DNA from: a phage
Direction: 5' to 3' (one strand)
DNA: 40,032 nucleotides
Sequence record: PZ490076.1
The notes beneath the pieces were generated by a model that had not been told where the DNA came from, searched no databases, and worked only from the letters and a program-made list of their open reading frames with translations. This document shows, piece by piece, positions 16,598 through 26,000 of the stretch. Both the position numbers and the translations under genes were made by a program. Each line of letters starts with the position of its first letter. Position 1 is the first letter of the stretch.

Positions 16598-18955
16598 TTA
16601 GACTGAACGAGCTTTCTTAGCGTATGATGCCTCCCAGCCACACCCAACGATGGACACTGGGGTAGGATAGTCGGACTCTAAGGTTAGACTCGTGGTTAAT
16701 GCGTTACCATTCATAGCGAAGCGATACTGCCCGTCACCAATGTTTGTAGTACCGATGGTTTGCTGACCAATGGTGTACCCGTTGAAGGTATTCACGAACT
16801 CCCGCTCACCGTTTCTGACAATGAGTCTCAGAGCGCCAGTGTCTTTGTAGTTGACCCAAGCCCGACGAAGCTGTAGACGACCAGTGTCTTCAGACTGAGT
16901 GCCACTATCATCTTCAATCTTAATCAGGAACCGTGAGAACTTGTAGGACATCAGATAGGGCCGTCCGATGAACACTGTACGTCCTGACCAATCGCCGTTG
17001 AGGGTAATCACAGTAGAGATACTGGTCAAGTCCCCAAGGTCCACATAAGCACCCTGACTGTCAATCAGATAGTACCGACCGGGAGACGGAGCGTTGCCAC
17101 CATAAGCAGCACCAATGTCAACCGTAGTCTTATAGGTGTCAGCATTATATGAGCCAATTGGAATTACCATAGACACCTTGGAGTCAATGTGTAGTCTATA
17201 TGGCTCTGACGGGAAGTCAGTTGCCTCCTTGATGAACTTAAGGTGCTCAATGTCTACCCCTCCTTGATGCTGCCGAACGATGAACATGGTAGAGCCAATA
17301 GAAGCAGACGCCAGAATCTTATCAGCTTTAGGGAACTCCCAGTGCGACCAAGAGGCTTGAAGCTGTACGCCGTCCTTAAACAAGAACTTGTAGATGTAGA
17401 TACGGTTGTATGCACCTGTAGAGTTGACGCAGATGTAGTTCTCAGTCCCTGTACCTTGAATATCAAACACCCCGTTAGGGATGTAGGACAATACGTGACC
17501 GGTTGTATCATCAGCATCCTTCACATCAGACTCATCAGCTACAGCGAAGTATCGCTTAATGCTGGTGAATGACCCACGAGGAGCTGAGAAGAAGACTGAG
17601 CGTCCTACAGCGAACGGTCTGGCATTGTCGCCTAAGGCAAACTCTGAGCCTACATCAAGCTGGATAGACTTCGAGGTAAGGACCCCAGAGCTTGTCATCA
17701 CGAACTGAACCTCATCCGACCAAAGTAGTAGCTGCTCGCTAAACGGAACGGCATACTTAAGGATTGAGATTCGAGGGTGACTCACAGCTACATCAATAGG
17801 GTCAGCATCACTCAGTGTCGCCACACTCTTAGGGAAGAACGAAAAGTAGCTGGCTGAACGGCTCATGATTACGTTCTCACCCGACAAGAACCCAAGTCTG
17901 TTCCTGTAGAAGAACACATCATTAATCGCAGCATCCACGAAGCTAGGCATAGGGTTTGTGTCATCGTTACCAGAACCACGCTTGGACCAATCCAGAGTCT
18001 TGAACTCAAAGGAGCCGTCAGACTGTCTTACCAGAGCATGTGGCATTGTGGTGTTATCGAACCCAGTGACAACTCCCGGCTCCACTGTCTCCTTCCACGT
18101 CTTAGTGTTGGAGTCATACATCACGTAGTATTCATCGGCGCTACTGTTTGTTTCACCTTGAATCTTAATGATATACCCATTAGGAGCGGCAAGAGGTAGT
18201 TTAGAGATTGTCTGCACAGTGTCTAGGACTGGGCTTATTAGCTGGTTAGCGTAGCCATCCTCCGTCTCCACTGAGTTAATATCGGTCCCTGAAGGAGCTG
18301 TGATTAGCAGGAATCCAGACCCAAGGCCAAACGTGAAGGTAGGGTAGGCAGTAACAAGAAGGTCTCTCAGAGCTGCACCAATGGCTTGAGCGTCCACCTT
18401 AGGCGGGTCATTCTCGGCATCATTACCTGCTGGTAGCTTATGCGAGACCTTAACGCCACCGTTGATTCCCACCTTAAGGGTTCGACCATACTGTCCACCA
18501 CGCAGGTTAATTAAAGCTCGTGCTTTGCGGTTATAACCAGAGTGCGACTTCTCGCTTCCACCTTTGACGACAACCTTACGGTTAACGACGAACGTATAGT
18601 CTGCCACGGTAACGACACGGATGTCATCTCGTGGGTTGGAGGACTTAACGTAATCTACCGCACCTGACACTGAGTATTGATTACCACTCAAGTCAACTAC
18701 CTGAATGTTGGACCCATTGAACACGATGTAATACTGCTCATGCTCATCACGGTTAATCAGGTGGAACTTAGGGTTGCTCCCAACGTCGATGTTAAGACGT
18801 CGCTTGAAGACTGTAGGTGGACGCTTCTGGAGGCCATCACTCTCTGATGACCAGCAGTTAACCTGTGACTCGCCTTGGTCTGAGAACCTCAGTATGTCAG
18901 GCTGTTGGCTAATGCCACCCTTAAGGTTCTTGATTGATTGAGTAATTAGTGGCAT
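16598..18955 (-). CDS. Tail tubular protein B (T7 gp12 homolog), 785 aa
   Basis: N-terminus MPLITQSIKNLKGGISQQPDILRF matches T7 gp12 (MALISQSIKNLKGGISQQPDILRY). Confidence 0.95.
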   Translation of the reverse strand: MPLITQSIKNLKGGISQQPDILRFSDQGESQVNCWSSESDGLQKRPPTVFKRRLNIDVGSNPKFHLINRDEHEQYYIVFNGSNIQVVDLSGNQYSVSGAVDYVKSSNPRDDIRVVTVADYTFVVNRKVVVKGGSEKSHSGYNRKARALINLRGGQYGRTLKVGINGGVKVSHKLPAGNDAENDPPKVDAQAIGAALRDLLVTAYPTFTFGLGSGFLLITAPSGTDINSVETEDGYANQLISPVLDTVQTISKLPLAAPNGYIIKIQGETNSSADEYYVMYDSNTKTWKETVEPGVVTGFDNTTMPHALVRQSDGSFEFKTLDWSKRGSGNDDTNPMPSFVDAAINDVFFYRNRLGFLSGENVIMSRSASYFSFFPKSVATLSDADPIDVAVSHPRISILKYAVPFSEQLLLWSDEVQFVMTSSGVLTSKSIQLDVGSEFALGDNARPFAVGRSVFFSAPRGSFTSIKRYFAVADESDVKDADDTTGHVLSYIPNGVFDIQGTGTENYICVNSTGAYNRIYIYKFLFKDGVQLQASWSHWEFPKADKILASASIGSTMFIVRQHQGGVDIEHLKFIKEATDFPSEPYRLHIDSKVSMVIPIGSYNADTYKTTVDIGAAYGGNAPSPGRYYLIDSQGAYVDLGDLTSISTVITLNGDWSGRTVFIGRPYLMSYKFSRFLIKIEDDSGTQSEDTGRLQLRRAWVNYKDTGALRLIVRNGEREFVNTFNGYTIGQQTIGTTNIGDGQYRFAMNGNALTTSLTLESDYPTPVSIVGCGWEASYAKKARSV

Positions 18956-19521
18956 TAGTCTCTCCCAATGTCGGACATCATGTTGTAGCGACCAGTATCC
19001 ATCTCGTATTCCATGACCTGCTGATAGAGTTCTGCTTCCTGCTCACGAAGGTACAGTTCAGACTCTGGGCTACCGAAGAACTTAGCGTTGAACTCACGGC
19101 TAGCTTTAGTGACGATGTAGTCCCTGAAGACCACAGGCATCTCTGAGAATGGCTTCATCTCCACAAGCTCTACCGTGATAGGGTCGGTGAAAGTGGTCGA
19201 CTGAGTGGACAGGTCGTACAGGTATCCACCCATGTTGCTGTAGTAGCTGGTGGCCCCAGCGGTCATTACACGAAGGTATGACGGCAAGAATCGAATCCTA
19301 TTGTCTTGGACATCAGGTGTCAGGACAGCAGCTTCATTGATGTTAAAGTTCCAGCCTTTAGCTTGGATCTGACGATTGACACGATGCAGGATACGTTGGG
19401 CGTTCGAGACGTCAGCGTTCCCCTCGTCAAGCTGTAGGACTGCCGGTTCACCGATAGCAGCTAACATATCGTTGATAGCGTCTAAGTCATCGTTAGCATT
19501 CAGTGGAATGTATTGAGCCAT
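18955..19521 (-). CDS. Tail tubular protein A (T7 gp11 homolog), 188 aa from the corrected start
   Basis: Similarity to T7 gp11 (VNRQIQAKGWNFNI, YEMDTGRYNM); start placed at MAQYIPL with GGAGGGAG RBS rather than the upstream track start at 19551. Confidence 0.9.
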   Translation of the reverse strand: MAQYIPLNANDDLDAINDMLAAIGEPAVLQLDEGNADVSNAQRILHRVNRQIQAKGWNFNINEAAVLTPDVQDNRIRFLPSYLRVMTAGATSYYSNMGGYLYDLSTQSTTFTDPITVELVEMKPFSEMPVVFRDYIVTKASREFNAKFFGSPESELYLREQEAELYQQVMEYEMDTGRYNMMSDIGRD

Positions 19522-19637
19522 ACTCCCTCCTATCTGTCGTAAGGACTGCATGGTCCGGTTAATAATATAATCGCCCAGAAACTAACAAATAGTCCCAAGG
19601 CTGTAAGTAAGTAAAACATAATCATCCTCACTTTAAG

Positions 19638-19677
19638 CAAAAAACCCCTCAAGCACCCGAAGGCACCCAAGGGGTTT
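19638..19677 (-). terminator. Tphi-like intrinsic terminator immediately after the capsid 10B stop
   Basis: Minus strand AACCCCTTGGGTGCCTTCGGGTGCTTGAGGGGTTTTTTG: GC-rich hairpin plus T6; closely resembles T7 Tphi (..CCCCTTGGGGCC...GGGTCTTGAGGGGTTTTTTG). Confidence 0.8.
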
Positions 19678-19680
19678 CAA

Positions 19681-20855
19681 TTAGTTGTTGGACTCAGCCA
19701 GTTTAGCGGCCCTGTTCGCAGCACGAGTACGCGCAGCTTTCTGTTGAGGAGTTAGAGTCTCCTCTTCAGGTGCAGCCTCTACTGTAGCGACGTTAGGTTG
19801 GCTAAAGGTGCTTACGTCGCTAGGCTGAAAACCAGTGCGCCAGCCGCTTCAGGACGCAGACCGCCGTGACCCATAGCGTATTTACCAACAATCAGGTCGC
19901 CCTGAGCATCGACGTCACGGTCACGTTCCAGCGCCAAGTCACGCAGCTTCACAGTACCCACAGCAGAACGGTGAGAGAACAGACCCACGACGTTGTTAAT
20001 AGCGACTTTAACGTCGCCAGTAGCAGTCGCCGGGAATGCGTGTTTCTGACCTGAAGCGATAGTGATACCGTCTTCACCACGGGTCGCACCAGCACCACCC
20101 TGTACCAGATGCGGAACTTCAACAACAACGAAGCCCATCACGTTACGGATGTTACCAGTCTCTGGGTCAATCAGCGCAGCATAGTTAGCAGCGTTCGGCA
20201 TCAGAGCAGCGAGGATCGCAGAGTAGTTGTCAGGCGTGGTGTAGAAGTAACGGTCGCCAGCAGGAACGTAGTTGGAGGTCAGCTGCGCACGAGCAATGGT
20301 CAGTTGACCAATGATTGCTTCACCCAGTTTAGCCGGGGTGTCGAGGTCAGCTTTCTTACCAACTTGCAGTACGGAAGCAGTACCAAGACCAGCGATGTTC
20401 TCGTTGGATGCAGCCGGGAGGTTACACAGGATCGCAATTTCAGCCAGCACCGCACCATCAGCAGCGATAGCCAGAGCTTCGCCCAACTGGTTGGAATACT
20501 CGCCAGCAACGTCATAGTGGTTCATCGCGTCTTCAATGTCGAAAATCATCACATCGGCAGTCAGCAGGCCATCAATGGTAATATTTTTCTCGGTATGTTT
20601 GATACCTTTACGCTTATCGGACAGTCGCTCACCCGGAGCCAGATACACACCAGAGGTGCGACCCATGACCGGGAACTGAGCAGACTTACCGTTCTGAATG
20701 GTACGGACAATATGCTTGTCAGCAGTTACAGAGCGGCGAGTGAATGCTGTCAGGACTTCGCCAGCAAAGACCTTCAGGAACAACGCCAGAGCGTCGGAAC
20801 CAGATTTGCCTTTGCCTTGGTCTGTACCTACTTTCTGACCCGGAACGTTTGCCAT
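19681..20855 (-). CDS. Minor capsid protein 10B, predicted product of -1 ribosomal frameshifting at GGTTTTC near the end of 10A (adds about 44 aa)
   Basis: Slippery heptamer G GTT TTC at 19827-19833, 4 codons before the 10A stop; the -1 frame stays open for 44 codons to TAA at 19681-19683, immediately followed by the Tphi-like terminator; same arrangement as T7 10A/10B. Confidence 0.65.
19812..20855 (-). CDS. Major capsid protein 10A (T7 gp10A homolog), 347 aa
   Basis: High similarity to T7 gp10A throughout (ALFLKVF.GEVLTAF, GKSAQFPV, KHTEK.ITIDGLLTADV, AALMPNAANYAALIDPE, HRSAVGTVKLRDLALER, KYAMGHGGLRPEAAG). Confidence 0.97.
   Translation of the reverse strand: MANVPGQKVGTDQGKGKSGSDALALFLKVFAGEVLTAFTRRSVTADKHIVRTIQNGKSAQFPVMGRTSGVYLAPGERLSDKRKGIKHTEKNITIDGLLTADVMIFDIEDAMNHYDVAGEYSNQLGEALAIAADGAVLAEIAILCNLPAASNENIAGLGTASVLQVGKKADLDTPAKLGEAIIGQLTIARAQLTSNYVPAGDRYFYTTPDNYSAILAALMPNAANYAALIDPETGNIRNVMGFVVVEVPHLVQGGAGATRGEDGITIASGQKHAFPATATGDVKVAINNVVGLFSHRSAVGTVKLRDLALERDRDVDAQGDLIVGKYAMGHGGLRPEAAGALVFSLAT
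19827..19833 (-). other. Programmed -1 frameshift slippery site (GGTTTTC) in the capsid gene
   Basis: Seen in sequence; matches the T7 gene 10 frameshift heptamer as recalled. Confidence 0.6.
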
Positions 20856-20957
20856 ATGATAATTCTCCTATTCAATTGAAAGATAAAGTATATTACTTAC
20901 TGTACGCCCAATCCGTATGGACTGAAGTAATAGGGGAACCTTGAGTCTTTCTCTTGG

Positions 20958-20980
20958 TCTCCCTATAGTGATAGTTTAGT
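20958..20980 (-). promoter_or_regulatory. Phage RNAP promoter (phi10-like) upstream of the capsid gene
   Basis: Minus strand GGACTAAACTATCACTATAGGGAGACC; best match to the family consensus, +1 GGGAGA as in T7 class III promoters. Confidence 0.8.
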
Positions 20981-20981
20981 C

Positions 20982-21902
20982 CTACAGGCTTGAGGCAGCT
21001 ACCTTAGCGCGAACTTCCATCGTGTACTTAGCGTCACGCAGGTATCGCGGGTCACTCATAGCCTTAATCATGTCAGCCTTGGAGCTGAATGCTTCGGTCT
21101 GAGGAGCCTTAGGTGCGACCACAGGTTTAGCCTGAGTGGTGATGGTACGCTGAGGTTTAACACCCACAGCTTTACCCAGAGTCTTGCCAGCCAGATTCAG
21201 CAGAGCTTTGGTAGTCGCAATGTCCTTACGAACGATGGCAGCTTCCAATGCTTCACGAGTTGACGGGTCGTTGGACTCAAGGTGTGACAGGATGCGATTA
21301 AACTGTTCAGCACCACCAGCGTAGCGAACCACACCAGCAGCATACTGTTCAGCCAGAGCTTCCTGACCACGTACAAACGAATCTACGAAACGCTTGGTGT
21401 AACCTGCTTCCTGCAACTTAGCGTAGGATGCGTCAGACAGCTTACCGTCCTTGGCGTATTCAGCCTTGATAGCGGTAATTTCATCAGCAGTGACCTTGCC
21501 AGCTTCTACAGCAGAAGACACCATGTCGTCGAATGCAGCTTCGTTTTCATCAAGAGCGGTGACACTTTCAGTCAGCTCTTTCGGTGCATCACCTAGTTCG
21601 ATGAACTCAGGCTGCTCACCATCGGTCTCAGACTCTTCGCCCTCTGACTCGCGGTCTTCATCACCCTCAGTCTCTTCGACGTTCTCGTCTTCTTCGGTAG
21701 CCTCTTCGTTTTCGGCTTCCAGTTGCTTGAAGGTAATAGCGTCATCGCCATCACGAACAGCTACGTCCTGTTCAAGCATAGACTTCTGGTGTTCGTTCAG
21801 GTCCTCAACGGAACCAGTGATTGCATTAGAGCTAACGCCGAACTCGGCATAAACTGATTGAGACATTGAGTCATTCTCCTTTAAGTCGTTAATAGGCAAC
21901 AC
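20982..21902 (-). CDS. Capsid assembly (scaffolding) protein (T7 gp9 homolog), 306 aa
   Basis: Highly acidic, Glu/Asp-rich protein immediately upstream of the capsid gene, size as T7 gp9 (307 aa). Confidence 0.9.
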   Translation of the reverse strand: MLPINDLKENDSMSQSVYAEFGVSSNAITGSVEDLNEHQKSMLEQDVAVRDGDDAITFKQLEAENEEATEEDENVEETEGDEDRESEGEESETDGEQPEFIELGDAPKELTESVTALDENEAAFDDMVSSAVEAGKVTADEITAIKAEYAKDGKLSDASYAKLQEAGYTKRFVDSFVRGQEALAEQYAAGVVRYAGGAEQFNRILSHLESNDPSTREALEAAIVRKDIATTKALLNLAGKTLGKAVGVKPQRTITTQAKPVVAPKAPQTEAFSSKADMIKAMSDPRYLRDAKYTMEVRAKVAASSL

Positions 21903-21945
21903 CTGCCTCGTCTAGTTTACTCCCCTAGAGTTGGACTTACGGTGT

Positions 21946-21968
21946 TGTTCCTATAGTGATAGTTTAGG
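21946..21968 (-). promoter_or_regulatory. Phage RNAP promoter (phi9-like)
   Basis: Minus strand GCCTAAACTATCACTATAGGAACAAC; the portal TAA stop lies inside the promoter. Confidence 0.7.
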
Positions 21969-23532
21969 CTTGAGCCATGTCCTCACCAGCTCCCTGACCT
22001 ACAGCAGCGCCCATGTTAGCACCAGCAGCGCCAGCACCTTGGACAACTGCCTGTTGAGACGACTGCTCAGCCATGCGCTGAATCTTCTCGTCTTGCGTCA
22101 GGAGTAGGCCAGCGGTGTCGATACCCAGAGCGTTCAGGAGTCGTAGCTTAAGGGTCGGCAAGTTGATGTCCGGGTCCTGAGATAGCGGCTGAAGACCAGT
22201 CATCATGTTAACCGCCTGAGTTAGCTTCTCCAAGTCCTGACCACGACCTAACGCTTCCAGACCAGTGGAGACAGTAGGCTCTACCGCTTCTTTCGGAAGG
22301 TCAGGAATCATGCCAGCAGACTGAAGCTGGTTCATCAGCACACGGACGATAGGTAACTGAAGCTCTTGTGACTGTACTGAGTACACGCCACCTAAGGTCG
22401 CCTCCAGTTCGCCAGCAACATAACGAATCTCTTCAGCAGTGACACGCTCGGCATTACGCTGAACAGCACTATTAAGAAGGAAGGCCCAACCTAAACGTTG
22501 CTCGATAGCGTCAGCCACCGACTTAGCAATCGTAAAGTCCTGACCTTTCGTCAGTTGCAGGAAGTTGATGTCATCAACGCGACCAGCCACGAACTCACCT
22601 GTAGCCGCCTTGTTCAGACGTCGAGGTTGCGTGATACCGTTCGGGTTAACGAGGCCAATCACCTTGGAGGCTACCTTAGCCATTTTGGTGATAGCTTCTG
22701 TAATCGTCTCCAGCGAGTTCAGGTCTCCCAGATACTCCTCGCAGTAAGAACGACCATAGTCTTCACCATCCAGTCGAACCATTCGTACCGGGATATATGG
22801 ACATGCAGTCAGCGGGTAGGAACCATCGGTCCCTGTCACCTCAATGCCTTCCACTTCCTCGTAGCGCAGATACTCGTCGTCTTGACGGTAGATGTGCGTA
22901 TATACTTCCAGCTCTGTGTCAGGCTCATAGTCGTCTGCGTTGAGTTGAGACTTCACGTCTTCCGGTAGAGCACTAAACGCTACCTTGTCGAGAGTCACAA
23001 TCTGCAAGATATTACCGAAAGCATCACGTTGAACAACGTAGGACACTAAGCGGTACATTCGCATAGGACTGTAAGTACCCTGTTCAGGCTCTGGAATGTA
23101 GAGCAGACAGTTACCGGAGACTATAAGCTGCTTCAGAGCTTCGAACAATGGCACACGGAAACTGTTAGTCTCCATGTAGGCCATCAACACACGCTCGACC
23201 ATAGCAAGCCCTTCGTCAACACGAGCAGCAGCCTCTGAGTCCTGACTCAAGGTCTTGGCCTCATATTCGGAGACTGTCAGTCGCATCCACGGTGACTGAG
23301 GGAACAACGCCAACATCAGCTTTGCAGCCAAGTTGTTCAAGCAGCGAGCACCTACAGCTTGCCACGGAGTTGTGTACTCAGTAGACGAGTTGTCGGACTC
23401 CTTAGGAAACAGTGACGGGATAGTGACAGCAGCACAGTTCTGAGCGCGTGTCTCATATGGCTGTCTACCGTTCTTCAGTCGGTCATAGACCGCTTTGGCT
23501 CCTTCAGCAGCGAACCCTTCACGTTCAGCCAT
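21964..23532 (-). CDS. Head-tail connector / portal protein (T7 gp8 homolog), 522 aa
   Basis: Similarity to T7 gp8 (MAE...ETRAQNCA..TIPSLFPK.SDN.ST.Y.TPWQAVGAR.LNNLA.KLMLALFP, RDAFGN, CPYIP.RMVRLDGE.YGRSY.EEYLGDL). Confidence 0.95.
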   Translation of the reverse strand: MAEREGFAAEGAKAVYDRLKNGRQPYETRAQNCAAVTIPSLFPKESDNSSTEYTTPWQAVGARCLNNLAAKLMLALFPQSPWMRLTVSEYEAKTLSQDSEAAARVDEGLAMVERVLMAYMETNSFRVPLFEALKQLIVSGNCLLYIPEPEQGTYSPMRMYRLVSYVVQRDAFGNILQIVTLDKVAFSALPEDVKSQLNADDYEPDTELEVYTHIYRQDDEYLRYEEVEGIEVTGTDGSYPLTACPYIPVRMVRLDGEDYGRSYCEEYLGDLNSLETITEAITKMAKVASKVIGLVNPNGITQPRRLNKAATGEFVAGRVDDINFLQLTKGQDFTIAKSVADAIEQRLGWAFLLNSAVQRNAERVTAEEIRYVAGELEATLGGVYSVQSQELQLPIVRVLMNQLQSAGMIPDLPKEAVEPTVSTGLEALGRGQDLEKLTQAVNMMTGLQPLSQDPDINLPTLKLRLLNALGIDTAGLLLTQDEKIQRMAEQSSQQAVVQGAGAAGANMGAAVGQGAGEDMAQA

Positions 23533-23543
23533 TCGTCACCTCC

Positions 23544-23792
23544 TTAAATAGAAATACCGCCACCAGAGGTGCGAGAGACCTGAAGGCTACGCTTACCGGA
23601 ACGCTTCACTTTCTTCTCATCAGATGCGGTTGCTTCAGTATCCACATCCTCCACTTTGTCGTTCGGTACTTCCACTGGTGCTGCTGGGGTCTTAGCCTCA
23701 ACAACCTTAGGCGCGTCATCAGAGCCAAGACCAACGGTCCCTAACGTACTTTTCACCACTTTCTTGAAGGCCTTACTGATTGATTTACCCAC
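23544..23792 (-). CDS. Tail/virion protein (T7 gp7.3 homolog), 82 aa
   Basis: MGK... N-terminus and C-terminus SGKRSLQVSRTSGGGISI resemble T7 gp7.3 (..KKSLSVARSSGGGINI). Confidence 0.7.
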   Translation of the reverse strand: MGKSISKAFKKVVKSTLGTVGLGSDDAPKVVEAKTPAAPVEVPNDKVEDVDTEATASDEKKVKRSGKRSLQVSRTSGGGISI

Positions 23793-24189
23793 GATTAATC
23801 TCCTTAGTTGTTACGATGTCTACCGACCCGGAAACATGCTTGACACGAGAATACCAGCCAAGACCCCAACGCTTGCACTCTTCGTCTATGATGTGTCTGA
23901 CAGTCTCAAGAACCTTGCGGGAGGACTGCGAGTCACGACGAATAGCGACTATTGAAAGGTCAAGACCGGGAGTCGGTCGGTGCCAAGATGCGGTAGCCAG
24001 CATGTAGAGATACGCTACTGGTTGACCTGAGACATCGTAGATTGTGTACTCTTCACCATCGAACTCGTCAGCCATACGGTAAGTATGAGCCTTGAAGTCC
24101 TCAAATGACTTGAAGTTAGACTGCCCGTCTTCCCAGAGGCGACAAGCGCACATGTGGCGACCTTCGCGTGAGTTGAGATATGGTAGCAT
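23785..24189 (-). CDS. Hypothetical protein in the T7 gene 7 position, 134 aa
   Basis: Position and size only (T7 gp7 is 133 aa); homology not verified. Confidence 0.45.
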   Translation of the reverse strand: MLPYLNSREGRHMCACRLWEDGQSNFKSFEDFKAHTYRMADEFDGEEYTIYDVSGQPVAYLYMLATASWHRPTPGLDLSIVAIRRDSQSSRKVLETVRHIIDEECKRWGLGWYSRVKHVSGSVDIVTTKEINRG

Positions 24190-24193
24190 TGTC

Positions 24194-24418
24194 TTACCCC
24201 ATGTTGACGCCAGAGGCTCGCATAGCGCGGCTCACTGACGATTTATCTTTAGGTGCAGACTCCTTCTTGATCTTCAGGTCTTTGATACCTTTGGTCTCGT
24301 TGGTGTCAACATCCGATTCAGCCCCGATGTCAACTGACGCAACTTCCTCACTCAGAGGTGCTGGTTCAGGTGCTTGGACCGAAGGCTTCGGAGTGCTAAT
24401 CTTCGGACTGAAACACAT
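24194..24418 (-). CDS. Virion protein (T7 gp6.7 homolog), 74 aa
   Basis: N-terminus MCFSPKISTPK and EPAPLSEEV resemble T7 gp6.7 (MCFSPKIKTPK...EPAPLTQEV). Confidence 0.7.
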   Translation of the reverse strand: MCFSPKISTPKPSVQAPEPAPLSEEVASVDIGAESDVDTNETKGIKDLKIKKESAPKDKSSVSRAMRASGVNMG

Positions 24419-24432
24419 AGTCCCTCCTACAG

Positions 24433-24705
24433 TTAATCAAACTGAACGGTATCTTTCAGCTCACGACGCATAGCAATCGCAGAGTCGAGAGTGTCAGAAC
24501 AATACTGGAGACCCTTGATGAACCCGGCAATGAACGCATCGCTGTAGCCTTGCTGCTTGAGGAGACTGATAGCTCCCATCTTCTCAGCATAGCTTGCGTT
24601 GAACAATACGTGCAGGAACTGGATAGCAGACTGGGAGATGTTAGGGACATCAAGTCTTTCTTCCTGTAACTGCTTAACAACGTTTTCAATAGCATTAAGA
24701 GCCAT
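24433..24705 (-). CDS. Hypothetical protein in the T7 gene 6.5 position, 90 aa
   Basis: AAGAGGAGA RBS; lies directly downstream of the phi6.5-like promoter. Confidence 0.45.
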   Translation of the reverse strand: MALNAIENVVKQLQEERLDVPNISQSAIQFLHVLFNASYAEKMGAISLLKQQGYSDAFIAGFIKGLQYCSDTLDSAIAMRRELKDTVQFD

Positions 24706-24766
24706 CTTGAATCTCCTCTTTAAGTTAAGACTAAAATCTATCTTATAGTCATATCTTAGGTCCTAA

Positions 24767-24789
24767 AGTCCCTATAGTGATAGTTTAGT
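24767..24789 (-). promoter_or_regulatory. Phage RNAP promoter (phi6.5-like)
   Basis: Minus strand CACTAAACTATCACTATAGGGACTTTAGG. Confidence 0.7.
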
Positions 24790-24915
24790 GTTTCACCTAT
24801 GGATGACTGTTGGATTGATAGGATATGACTATCGGCTAGACTCAGTGTTTAGGGCGGTTGTTCGACCCGAACCACTTGTACATGTAGTAAAGGGCCAGAA
24901 GTCCGGCCCAGTATA

Positions 24916-25782
24916 TTACATGGATGGTGTCCACAGGATGACCTCCTTGGACTTAGGGTCATAGTCGGAGGCTCGACAAATACGAGCGACCTGAGCTTGG
25001 ACCAGAAGTTCCTCCTCGGTCATGCCAGCCTTAGCAGCCAGTGTAACCATGCAGTCCCACAGCGTCATGTCTTCACGCTTCGGATACTTCTTCCACTCAG
25101 TCTTAATCTGGCCTTTGTTCTTGCCAGTCTTAAGCTCACGGCTCTCCTGCACGAAGTAGTACGGCTCGTCAAGGAACACACGAGTGGTGTCCTCACCCAT
25201 TCCAGGAATACCACCGTAGCCATCTGTAGTATCACCCTTGATGGTCTGCTCCATGTGCCAGTAGTCTGCCTCAGCAGTCGTATGACTCAAGATTTCACCA
25301 GTGGTTAACCAGAAGAACTCACAGTTCGGTATGGTCTTGAAGTCCTTGTCACAGGACACCAGAACCGCATGGTCGCATCCGACAATCTGAGGTCTGGTCC
25401 CGATGATACCCATACAGTCATCACCCTCAAGCGTTGGACGCAGGAAGCTGTTGAACCGTGGGTCAGCCATCACTTCGGCTACGAACTTCTTGTAACCTAC
25501 AGGCTTGCGAGAACCCTTACGGTTAGCCTTATAGGTAGGCAAAACGTCCTTACGCCAGTTGTTATCATCAGTAAAGCACATCACAATCTTAGCGTCTTTC
25601 CACGCCTTGCGCTTCTTAACGATTTCAGCGATGGTGTTCTCAAGGATACGGCGAGCCTTCTCGTGGTCGCAGATAAGGGTCCAGATGTCATCGCCCCAGT
25701 CTGTCTCGTCCTCGGCAGCAGCCATAGAAGAGAAGACCAGATAGTCACCATCCAGCACCAGAGCTATTTTCTTCTCTGACAT
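24916..25782 (-). CDS. 5'-3' exonuclease (T7 gp6 homolog), 288 aa
   Basis: Similarity to T7 gp6 (CDKDFKTIPNC, QTIKGD.TDGY.GI, SGKNKGQ, TLWDC...AKAGMTEE). Confidence 0.9.
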   Translation of the reverse strand: MSEKKIALVLDGDYLVFSSMAAAEDETDWGDDIWTLICDHEKARRILENTIAEIVKKRKAWKDAKIVMCFTDDNNWRKDVLPTYKANRKGSRKPVGYKKFVAEVMADPRFNSFLRPTLEGDDCMGIIGTRPQIVGCDHAVLVSCDKDFKTIPNCEFFWLTTGEILSHTTAEADYWHMEQTIKGDTTDGYGGIPGMGEDTTRVFLDEPYYFVQESRELKTGKNKGQIKTEWKKYPKREDMTLWDCMVTLAAKAGMTEEELLVQAQVARICRASDYDPKSKEVILWTPSM

Positions 25783-26000
25783 TATACCTCCTCAACGATG
25801 CAAACTGAAGAGAAGGCACGTACCGTTTCGACTTCCTCGGTCATTCCATTCCAGCGGATATACGTCTCGTGTTTGATGGCTACCGTCTTTGGCATTACCC
25901 GGACGACTTTGCCTATACACATAGCGTATGACTTACCAGCTAGGCAGAAAGCAACTTTTTGACCTACCTTAAGTTCTCTGCCTGATACGTCTTGACTCAT
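25782..26000 (-). CDS. Hypothetical small protein (T7 gene 5.9 position), about 72 aa from internal Met
   Basis: GGAGG RBS 7 nt upstream of ATG; ATGA overlap with the gp5.7 stop; no similarity to T7 gp5.9 as I recall it. Confidence 0.4.
   Translation of the reverse strand: MSQDVSGRELKVGQKVAFCLAGKSYAMCIGKVVRVMPKTVAIKHETYIRWNGMTEEVETVRAFSSVCIVEEV

Noticed and set aside
19522-19551. Upstream start for gp11 (MQSLRQIGGS...)
   Set aside because: The internal Met (MAQYIPL) is preceded by GGAGGGAG and gives a protein matching T7 gp11 length and N-terminus better.
20109-20879. 256-aa plus-strand ORF (and other plus-strand ORFs throughout, e.g. 2480-2911, 15575-16096, 22498-22968, 37811-38080)
   Set aside because: They lie antisense to well-supported minus-strand genes (capsid, terminase, gp14, portal, RNAP), have low-complexity translations and no RBS; T7-group genomes are transcribed from one strand only.
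24889-24934. GTG-initiated 33-codon hydrophobic ORF overlapping the 3' end of the exonuclease gene (possible gene 6.3 analogue)
   Set aside because: Its GGAGGT 'RBS' is exonuclease coding sequence and the ORF is very short; insufficient evidence.
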